Assembly: GCA_017499595.2 (NCBI GenBank)
Contig: CM039001.1
Span: 1,488,001-1,552,000 of the forward strand
Source: Psilocybe cubensis
Lineage: Eukaryota
DNA: 64,000 nucleotides
Direction of reading: 5' to 3'
Shown here: one piece after another, positions 54,401 to 64,000 of the stretch
Position numbering within the stretch: the stretch's first letter is position 1
Layout: every line of letters starts with the position of its first letter
Notes under the pieces: model-generated
Databases searched by the model: none
Seen by the model: only the letters and a program-made list of their open reading frames with translations
Told to the model about the DNA's origin: nothing
Translations under genes and position numbers: made by a program

Positions 54401-54937
54401 TGGAGTCAAAATCCTCTTCTGGTTTCCGGTGGGCAAGCGGGATGTGAGGTTTCGGTTGAAGTTGAGCGTGCACCGGTGCACTGGTAGAGAACTTGGAACG
54501 GTCCACTGGGCTTGACAGACTACTTAGTTTTCTTGACCGAGCTCTACTAGATTGTGACGCCCTTCTTGCCCGTCGGCCAGCCGGATGGGCAGGTTTGGGC
54601 AATAGCTCCGTGAGCAGCAGGGAACGCATTGAACCGTCTTCAAAACGTAGGTCATCTCCCAGAATATATACAAAAGAGCTTTGCAAAACGCACCTTCACT
54701 CCATACACACTGCTTCGACATAGGGTATGCCCACGCGCGGTAATCAAGGACACTGTCCAAAGGAGTCTGGTCGGCTGGCGTCTGGTCCATAGCTCGGCGA
54801 GGAATAGGCGTGAAAAAGTTCTTTGCGAGAGAAGGCCTGCTCGCCGATTTCACAGCCTGCACAAGTGGCGCCTTGCCCTTCCCGGTGATATGGCGAGGTA
54901 GCGTATGTATCACGCTCGCCGCTATAGACTCTGCCAT
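51480..54937 (-). CDS. Pentatricopeptide-repeat (PPR) protein, probably a mitochondrial RNA-binding protein (2 exons)
   Basis: ~35-aa repeats such as 'PNVFHYSTVVQAYARKGD', 'DTVVYTVVIALLANAKD', 'PNTYTFATLV', 'PTPVTYRAIIASY'. One intron, 54693-54638. Confidence 0.9.
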
Positions 54938-55402
54938 GAGTATAACTATATGATGTGGTCAGAGATTGTTCATGGGGCACTTGGCAGTGAATTTCACCAG
55001 CATGTAAAGCAGAGTATCCAGTCCAATAACCAGAAGCACGGCGAGGGAGAAATTTGGAGAAAGAGGAGACACCGAAAACGCGACAAGGACCCGACTGGAG
55101 AACTAGACCAACGGCTGCAACGCCTAAGGCCAGAAAAAAATTGCGTGACCAATTGATTGGTGGTAGGTCATGCACACACGTCATACGTAATCAAGCGGTC
55201 ATGTTCGGTTGGCGGCGCGCTGCGGCGATCTTTTCTTTCTGACTCGGTAGTTACAAACGCCTATTGACCTTTGCCAGATTCCGTGGAAATCCGTATCATC
55301 TCTTTTCTTGTTGTGCATCTTTCAAACATTCATCTTCGGTATGCCCTCCATAATTTTTCCAAAACATGACAAGCCAAGTTTCAAGAACAAGACTAAATAG
55401 AC

Positions 55403-56182
55403 ATGTCCAACACCAATTTGGGACCAACTTACGAAATCGTCGTCGCGCAGACGCCCGAGGAGCGTCAACAGTGCATAGACTTGGTAAATCACTGCTCGAT
55501 ACCCAGATTGATCTCATCCAACGCGCGTTGCTCCCAGCGTATACAAGTCTTTCACCACGAGCAAAAATTCCCACTGGAAACCGAGATCGATGAACATGAG
55601 CTAGTTTCTGTTTCCTTGATCTCATCCAACCGCGGACATCTGAGACTTGTTGTTTCTTTTTCCCCCCTTCTTTTCTCTGTTTCTCCAGCTCGGAAGACAA
55701 AGCGGTTCATTTTCTTCTGAGGCTCACGCCCTCGTTGACTCCCGTCGGTACCATCCGTGCTGTCAAATTTCCCGAGAAAAACTACTACAAACTCACTCGT
55801 CTGGTGGTCCTCGAAGAATACCGCAAATACCGCTACGGCCATGCTCTCGTGCTAAAGTTGCATGAATGGGTGCGCAAAGACGCGCTCCAATCAGGAAACA
55901 CCACAAGCTTCGTTCGAATAGTCTCAGGTTCTCAAATACCAGTCAAAGGATTTTATGCCAAGTGAGTTTTACAACCGCAGTGTTTTAAACCAAGTTTGAC
56001 TTCTTTTTTTTTCTTCTTTTTCGTTGTGGCTAGATTTGGATACGAACCAGAGGTCAGTCAGGTTTCTCTCCCATGCATGATTACACATCTTTGGATCTCC
56101 CCAGGGTCCGGAATACGATGATGAGGGTCAACCCCATCAAAATATGGTCTACAATATGCCATTGTCGCAACCGTCGACATGA
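55403..56182 (+). CDS. GNAT acetyltransferase, ElaA/YjcF-like
   Basis: 'LRIQVFHHEQKFPLETEID', 'AVHFL', 'VGTIR', 'KLTRLVVLEEYRKYRYG', 'SQIPVKGFYAKFGY..EGPEYDDEGQPHQNM'. Confidence 0.88.
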
Positions 56183-56595
56183 CATATCAATTGCCTCTCC
56201 CACAATTAACACGATCGGGTGTGTGTATTCACAAGAAAGAGGGTCATGTGTGTGTGTACGCTAACGAACCTACAATATGTATGTAAAGGAGAGAAATGAG
56301 CAGGGGGTGTCGTAAATTAATCGTCGTCAGCAGAACAGTATGGATGATACTCGACTAGGGTCCAGGGTTTCTAGAAATACAACATAGAGAGGTATATGAT
56401 ATGATATACACTGTGCGTCCGGATATATCGTCAAAACAGGTATAATATAATGCAACACACCACAACAGTGGCGGGAAAAAGAACAGAAGGTCGTGACAGG
56501 TCGTTAATGGCGGGCACCAGGGCAACACAAGAAAACCGAAAGCATTCGTAGAACAGGAAACAATGACTGAAAAAAGGAAAAAAAGAAAGAAAGTC

Positions 56596-58367
56596 TTATG
56601 AGCGAATAGGTCGCTCGGAACCGTCGTCAGTTGTGAAACCCTCGCTCTCACTCTCGGATTCCATCTTGACGACAGGGAAGTGCGGGCTTCCCGGTAAGAT
56701 GCTAAAGTTGATACTAGACCCAAAGCCAGTTGTACCCTCCTCGTACAATCGTCTTGCAGCCTCGTACTCCATCTTCTCCTGTTCAGCCTGAGCCAAAAAG
56801 GGCTAAGGAAGGTTTAATAACGATATAAAAGAAGAAAAAAAAAAGGATTGACTGACCTGTCTTTCAGCATCTGTCATGGACCGCCATTTGGCGGCAGCCA
56901 GGACACTCTGTTTAGTGGTCTCTGTCTCGTCTCCAAAGATATCAGAGACCAAACGAGGACTAGCACGAATTCTCTGGAGGAACATAAAGTAGGCGGAAAG
57001 AGGCTTTTTCGGAGCGTTAGGGTCCTTGATGTTACTCTTGCGTGACTTGCCGGCCTTGCGCTGCGCAGCACGGAATAAATTCTCGCGCTTGATATCTTCT
57101 GGAGTGAGAGTACGCATATAGGCCTCATGTTCCTTCTCCCGAGCCTCCTTCATGGCCTGTGAACGCCGTTTGTATGGCTGTCAAGGCAGCGAACAATGAG
57201 TGGGATGACGATAGAGTGACGTCAGGATAACATACCTCTTTCTCTGCTGGGCTCAAGCAAGCGTATTCCTGACCGGCCTCTTTGGCGGCCTGGGCGACAT
57301 TCAACTTGCGGGTGCCCGATGCCTGCTGCTTTTGGATCCAGTCGGTGAAATAAAGCTGCCAAGCAGAGGGAGCAAGCTTTGGAGGGCGGAGTACAGATTT
57401 GAGAGCTGTGGGAACAATGGATTGTGAGCTAAAAGGAGAAAATGCCGAAAAAGAAGAGAGAAAAAGACTGACGACTATCTGCAGACTTTGTAGAAGATGT
57501 GGGAATCTGGATATCCTCGTCAGGAGACCGTTTCTTTCTGCGGACGGTTGCGTCACGATCGTCGGTGACACTTAGGGAATCTGCTCTCCTGGTGTAAGTT
57601 CGAGTCATAGCTGGCACGAGAGACTCTGTGTGGGAAGGAGCACTGGACGACTGGAAAAGCTGACCAGAGGAAAGGGAACCGCGACGCTGAGGAAGACGCT
57701 GGCGAAGGGTGACATCGGTCAGAGGCGAGTGTCTGATGGATGGACGAGTGACTAGATTCTGGGTACGATGGGCGCTTGGAGCCTCCCAAAGCTGAGATGC
57801 CCACGAAGGGGTATGCATGGACATGTCGCGGGGTGAGACGACAGAGTGAACACGGGGACGAACAGCCCTGGGATCATCAAAAGACGATGGGGGCGAGATG
57901 GAGCGTGGAAGAGGATGAAGGGCAGCAAACGCGGTGGGAGAAAAGGCAGCATCCTGGGGGAAATCCTGATATGCGATGAAGGAGGAAGATGCGGAGATAT
58001 TGGTGTCTGAGGGTGAGGGTATTGGGATTGGAGAAGAGGGGGAGTGTAGAGCCAGATCAGGATCGTTGATCCAGGTAGCGAGATCATCGAGAGAGGGCGC
58101 GGAGGCGGGGTCGTCTGAGGGAGAGTAGAGGGCGGCGGGGTCGTAGAAGGGTGGTTGTGGATGTGCGAACTCGTAGTTGGCCATGGTGGGGAAGACAAAG
58201 GAGGGCTTGATGTCGGGCTCGATGTTGAGATACGAGTCCCAGTGGAAGTTGTGTGGATGGTGCTGGACGGGGGACGCGTCGTCGAGATCGATGGGACCGA
58301 AGAGCATCTGGTCGTGGAGGGCGAGGGCGTCGTCGTTGTGTGGGTCGTCGTGCATGGCGACGGTCAT
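56596..58367 (-). CDS. Protein with a long disordered N-terminus and two C-terminal HMG boxes
   Basis: 'PPKLAPSAWQLYF...AGQEYACLSPAEKEPY' and 'KDPNAPKKPLSAYFMF...AAAKWRSMTDAERQPF'. The start codon is uncertain (58367, or upstream in-frame ATGs at 58415/58460). Confidence 0.88.
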
Positions 58368-58576
58368 GGCGGGGGCGGGGGAGGATGGATTGGGACGGAA
58401 AAGAGGAGAGGACATGCGGCGGAATATAAGGGAACGGATACCCAGGATTCTGCTTTTCATTGTCGAGGATAGAGTCATCCTGCAATCCGGCAATCTGAGC
58501 TAGCCCGGCTTTATTATCACAGCCACTGGTTCGGTTCATAGAAAGAAACAAACTGGTTCATTATACACTAGTCTAC

Positions 58577-59201
58577 TCAGAGGACTACTATCTCCCGTGT
58601 CTCGTATTTCGGGTTGTGGTATACGCTTTTCCCCGCCTGCAGGATTGGTCAGCATCACCCACTTTCCTTTGCCGCGCGCACTGACCTCCCAGCCAGCAAC
58701 GTCCTTCATGATCTCCCGCTCCCGAGCAAGTGCTGCTTGTTCCCGTCGGTATTGGTCGCGGTCCCCCTCAGCGGTCAGCAGAGGCACTAGGTGGATGCGC
58801 GACCACATCTTTTCGCGCTCCAGCTCCCTGTCATCACTTGGCTCAGCTTCCAGTTTCGGCCTGATAAGAGCTCGTCACCCAGCAGGCGGCCGGATCCTGT
58901 ACCACGTTTCGTGGCGAGCGCGCCTGCCAGCTGACCATGCCTATGGCTCTATTTTTGCTGTTCCACGTACCGTCGTTCCAGGTTCCCCTTTCCCAGTCGA
59001 TAGAATCCGTATGCACAAATAGCCGTCACCCCCCCGAGAATAGCATATGCCCCCGGCCCCCGGAAGGGCAGGTTGCGTTTGTACTTGATAGATTCAAATC
59101 CCCCAGCGGGGGGCATATCCCTGCTCCAGTGTCAGCTCCCATCCCTGCGTCTCGTCCAGTCCACACTCACTGTCTGTACGGCGCAGCCACTGGGGGGGCA
59201 T
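58577..59201 (-). CDS. NDUFA13: NADH:ubiquinone oxidoreductase subunit NDUFA13/GRIM-19 (B16.6)
   Basis: 'QDMPPAGGFESIKYKRNLPFRG...YGFYRLGKGNLERRELEREKMWSRIHLVPLLTAEGDRD...IMKDVAGWEAGKSVYH'. Four exons; the exon-1 ATG is out of frame by 1 nt as written. Confidence 0.92.
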
Positions 59202-59585
59202 TGTCAGCAGAGACACAAATCAACAACAGCAGCAGCAGTCAGTCGAACGTACTTGTGAATAATGCTAGTGGTGGTAGTGATAGAACAAAAGTTGCGGTCG
59301 ACTTTGTTCGGAGCGACGAGTGTAGGTCACGTGTGCTGTTCCAATTCCGCGTCTGAGCGGCGCAACAGCAACAACAACGGTGAGAACGACTCAGCAATAC
59401 CGTCTGTATGCGCGACAGACGGTCTTGCTCGTCGCGAACTGCGCCATTGAGCAATGAATATCATATTGTGTACAGAAAACTCTGTCACAGTGAATCTGTT
59501 TGACGTTGAATTGCCACCATAAATAATAAGAATACAGCCGAATGCAAAACAGTCAACATCTGCCAGCAACTTGCTCCCAACCATC

Positions 59586-61427
59586 ATGTCGCCCGTCCCG
59601 TCCCCCGCTCCTCAGCCTCCTCCCTCCATATCTCTCCCCGTGAGGCACAAACAAAAGTCTGCCCCCGTCGGTATCGCCGCCGGCGCTGAGGACGCCAAGT
59701 ATCATGTAAAGTACAAGGAGCTCAAGCGCAAAGTCAAAGACATCGAGGCCGTATGCATTTTTCTCATCGTTTCACACTCGCGCCCCTCGCTGACCGCAAC
59801 AATCTCTCTTGCAGGACAACGACAAGCTGCATTTCAAGGTTCTCCAGGCCAAACTGAGCATTCGCAGAATGAAAATGGAACGAGCGTAAGTCCAAAACGG
59901 CATCCCCGATGGTGGTCAGTACTTTATTTCTAACTTTGTTCAATTCGTCACAGTGTGCTATATGAGCGTCTATCTGTGATTCCTCCTTCTCCGACTATAC
60001 AGGATCGCCATCCTTTGCCTCCTGCTCATCCGGTGGCTGGCGGTCCAGCTCATCAGCTTTCTTCTCGTCCCCCTCCAGGCAGGGATCATCATCGTGAAAT
60101 ACGTGACCATCTGTCTTCTATGGATCCCGATCAATCCCATCTTCCTCAGGAGCATATTCGCTCTCAGCCAGCTCTGAGGTTGCCTCCAGATGCCCGTTCT
60201 GCTCCCCCCATGGACAATTCTTCCGTGGCGCTTTCCCCACATATGTCCGTTCGTTCACCCAGGCGCATGTCGTCGGCCCACGACAGTACCCGCCATCACC
60301 TGCCTCCTATGCCCCAGATCCCCGCTGGTCACCTACATCAGTATGAAACTGCCAGAGGCCATTCGCAGTCTAATTCCCATGCTAGTCCCTCTTTGCATCA
60401 TACCCACCCCAGCTCGTCTCATTCCAGAAACCGATCTCATTCTTCCTCTCATTCTCGTTCCCAACATGGCCCTCCCCAAACTTATCGTGACGTGCCCGGC
60501 CAATATCAACACCACCCTGAAAGTTTACCTTCTGTCCACCAACCGATGCACAGTCCTCCACCTTCTGAGCGAGAAAGGCCTAGGCGCGGGGACCCTCACG
60601 AGTTTGCAGACGAATCTCATCTCTATGATCGACACCAGCCACTTTTGTCGTCTGGCAGAATTCACTCCCATCAACGCCTAGGTCCTGGCACTTATATTAC
60701 CAGAGACGAGTTCCAGGACAAACGCGGAGACTTGGAGCGCGAGCGCGAATGGGAACGCGAGCACGAGCGCGAACAAGGACGAAATCGCGAGTACACTCGC
60801 AGCCGCGAAATAAGCTCATATCAGATGCACTCCCCTCCCCATTCGGTGCAGAGATCCCGCTCCCAGATAGATAGAGGTGATTATGACCCCCACATGCCGC
60901 CTCGCAGCCGAGAAGACCCAGCTTATTATCATGACTCGCATCTCTCTTCTGGCTACCCTCGTCTCGCTCGCTCAGACACGCCCGGTTCTGGTTCAGCTTC
61001 TGGTTCCGGTGCGGGCGTCGCCGATGTCCCATCTCGGCCAGATTCACGAAGTCAGTATTACGAGCGTGATCGCGCCAGGAATTACAGACTTCGCCCGGTT
61101 TCCCAGCCGAATGAAGATGTTGATTTTCTCCACGAAGATAGCCGATCTCAGTCTGGCGCAGATCGAGGCGCCGTGGGTGTGGGTGGTGGCGGTGGCACCT
61201 TTGCAATTTCAGACCAGAGCCGTCCATCCATGGATTCTAGGAAGCGCACTCGACACGACATGGAGGTCGAAAGTGACAATGACGTAGGAGATGGGCCGTC
61301 GGGCAGTGGTTCTCTCTATCCTTCTGGTAGGCCCCAGGAAGATAGGGGCTCTTCTAAACGTTATCACCGAGAACATCCACGTCGGAGTGTTGACACTCAC
61401 GAAGACAGCCGAATGGCTGCTCCTTGA
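59586..61427 (+). CDS. INO80E/Nhp10-N-terminus-like coiled-coil protein with a long low-complexity C-terminus
   Basis: Spliced 'KYHVKYKELKRKVKDIEA|DNDKLHFKVLQAKLSIRRMKMER|AVLYERL', followed by a ~490-aa His/Pro/Ser/Arg-rich exon. Confidence 0.7.
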
Positions 61428-64000
61428 ACCCATTAGGCCATGCCAGACGTGACATTCCATTGCCATTCATTCTTAACAGATCCTCTTGGTTTTAGTTTTA
61501 CTTCTCGCAATACCTTCTTTCGGAAGTCATCTCCTTTTTATAAAAACGTCGTTTGTATTTATGTGAATGTGTTTGTCAGCTCTTTTTTTTCACTATGTAT
61601 CCGATGGTAGAATCTATGTATCCACGATCGGGCGTTATCCGTTCCAATTGACATCTGGAGAGATCGTATGTGTTACAGTCAACTCATGACCAAGGTCGGG
61701 TGATTTCAATGTTGGACATATACTTACTTTTATCACGTCTAAACAAAGTTCGCAGAAGCTCAGTTACGCCGGATGGTTTATGTTTATTCCTGCCAACCTT
61801 CGAGTTACGGCAGGTCATAATTATAAGAATAGCGGACCACCCTGGCCGTTCACGATAAGAGTGTCTATCAAGGTCGCCTGGTTCGCGGGTTTATGAAGAA
61901 GACCCATTTAATCACACCAATGGATCACTTTTAGGCGGCAAGGACCTAAAATTATCCCTGTTTAGCTGAACCTTTTGAGATAGCTTTTAGCAAAAGGAGC
62001 ACTATGCCATGGTGGCGTACATATATCGCCGTATTTCAAAAGCACACACCGGATAATGTACTAATACATTGACTTGAAGCTTTTGGCCTGTTGAATCTCC
62101 TGAAACACACCGCTACAGACGGAAAGCTTTCTTACCCTCTGCATTTAATTTTGACGGCCAAGCACCCCATTTGAGAGTTTGATAGACTCCGGAAACCCCA
62201 TGTTCTCCACAATTTCATTGACGTACGGACTTTTCGTAGGATGTCACCCGATTGATCAAGTATGTGCCCAAGGCTAGACTGGTCGCAGAAGTTTTTTGCA
62301 AGGCCGATAACGTGGAAGATGTCCTAAGACTGATTCGTCTCTGGTATCAGCGCCTCTCTCGAACTGCGAGCCAAATCTCCCAAAGTCAAAAGGTTCACGG
62401 TCCATTACACAACGGTTCCCTACCAAACCAGTCTACTTTAAAATTGACGCACTTCTTAGCCAGAGAAAGTAACATGTTTGCAGGATTTACATCGGTAGAA
62501 GCCGATAGTACTATGAGTTCTCTTTGTGCACGGGGACGGTGTAAATGTCCTCGAAAAAGGCGCCTCGGTAATGGCGTTCTGGGTGTCGTCATTCTGGACC
62601 CTGGTTTACGGCCAGAGAGGCGATGTTCCTTTGGGAGATGTTTACAATCTTCGTATAGGGGTACATTTCCGCTTTTCGACGTAGCATGAAATTGGAACTG
62701 GCGCCGTCCCGGAGGAGTAGGTATGACTCTTCTGCAATTTCATATGCTGTGCCTCGATGACGCAGTCTCAGCAGGAACGAAGGAGAACCCTGCAATTTGA
62801 AATCCCAAAGTGTTCGATTAAGGGTTCAGTTTCTCTGTAGCAAACGAACGGTTCATTTTAGAAGGATAATGGATTGTGAATACAGAACAAATGTGATTGC
62901 ACCTCTCTTGCGCAGCACTATGACTGATGATTCTGACACATAAGCGGCAAGGATTATTGGTGCTGAGAACTGCTGGATTACTGATTGAGTCCATCATTGA
63001 TACTCTGCAGAATTGAGGTTATAAAATGGAAGAGAAGGCTGTAAGTAAAGGGGTGGTTAACATTGCATCTTTTTTTGATGTTTTTGGGGGAACTTCAGAA
63101 ACCCGTTTCGATATCCACCATAGCCCAACAGACGAAATGGAAGTGTTTTTCTTCGCACAGATCCAGCACACATCTCACGGTGGCTAATCATGTAGTGTGT
63201 TTGGCGGCCTTTCCAATATGGTATCACCGGCAATCTGTGCCAAATAGTGCGACGAGACTTGCGAGTAGCCGCCGCCACTGCTACCCTATGCGTCTTTACG
63301 TCGATCACTGGATGGCCGGACATTCATGGTATTCATTATCATTCAGATAATGCTCGCGGTATCCTATTTCCACCCCTGTCATAGTTGGTTTTTACCCCTG
63401 CAAGGCAATGAATGTTTCTGTCTTTGACAAAACGGGGGGCAGGCATCTGGCTCGGGATAAAATGACAAAATTGGAAGGTTGACTCATCCAGCGTGCGCAA
63501 AAGAACAAAGAAAATTATTTACCTTCAGGATTTGCGATTGGCAGGCTGAGATTCCTCGAATATCCTTGAGAATTATCGCTTCGAGAATACCAGAGTGATT
63601 TCCTCCATTTCCGTTTCCGTAATGTGAGGACGACCAATGACTCTTCATAAATAGACGAAGCCAAAAACAGCGTGGAAATGCCTGCTACATGCAGGTAAGT
63701 ACTCACGGTGTACATGGGGCGGGCTGTGCATTGAAACACGAGGTTATCATGCACCAAATAGTAATCCTGAGCGATGTCATTAGCTGGGTCTGCTGATAAC
63801 GAGGTTATAGATAAAGAAGGATGGATCCATCTTCACTGTGATTCTTGCACCCCCTGTGGCAAGCATGTTCAAATAGAGACCGGCGCGGTCTCCGGTCCAA
63901 AAAATATGACTTTTAACTCGGCGCTCAGTCGCAAGCTTTAATCGCAGTTGATGACTTGACAATTAATTTCTGCTATGGGCCAAGACTGCTGGAAAAAGAC

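Noticed and set aside
16853..58367. Chitinase, hydrophobins, velvet and HMG genes as a 'fruiting-body development cluster'
   Set aside because: They are spread over 40 kb and interleaved with unrelated housekeeping genes; there is no evidence of co-regulation from sequence alone.
58843..58864. CAGGCCGAAACUGGAAGC resembling SRP RNA helix 8
   Set aside because: Imperfect pairing, it overlaps the likely branch point, and the intron is too short for a fungal SRP RNA.
58850..58878. Hammerhead-ribozyme-like string UGACGAG...GGCCGAAAC in the NDUFA13 intron (minus strand)
   Set aside because: Position 3 is G (no C3-G8 pair), stem II does not pair beyond 1 bp, and there is no complementary strand for stem III or a cleavage triplet.
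60730..60790. GAGCGC-type repeat
   Set aside because: It simply encodes an Arg/Glu dipeptide-rich tract in the INO80E-like protein.

Overview
Intron-rich, gene-dense eukaryotic DNA that looks like a mushroom-forming basidiomycete (Agaricomycete). The evidence is short ~50-60 nt introns, class I hydrophobins, and a velvet protein. About 26 protein-coding genes were reconstructed by hand from ORF fragments and splice signals: a formin (truncated at the left edge), MCM6, an MptpB-like phosphatase, VAC14, an M28 peptidase, a GH18 chitinase, an MFS sugar porter, a SET methyltransferase, a GH3 beta-glucosidase, an RNF220-like E3 ligase, TOM7, eIF3f, UreF, AFG1, two divergent hydrophobins, RTC3, MLH3, MCC-beta, an ArfGAP, a VelB-like velvet protein, a PPR protein, an ElaA-like GNAT, a tandem-HMG protein, NDUFA13 and an INO80E-like protein. 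It is mostly a housekeeping region. I found no transposon, CRISPR, rRNA/tRNA or secondary-metabolite backbone gene, and no clear multi-gene novel system. The best leads are small-scale: a highly structured intron and an exon-1 frameshift in NDUFA13, a 5'-leader block conserved between the two hydrophobins, about nine GC-AG introns, 4-nt microexons, a fungal RNF220-like gene, a formin with an unexplained N-terminal extension, and shared promoter motifs. CDS coordinates are gene spans including introns. All family assignments come from motif recognition, not database searches.
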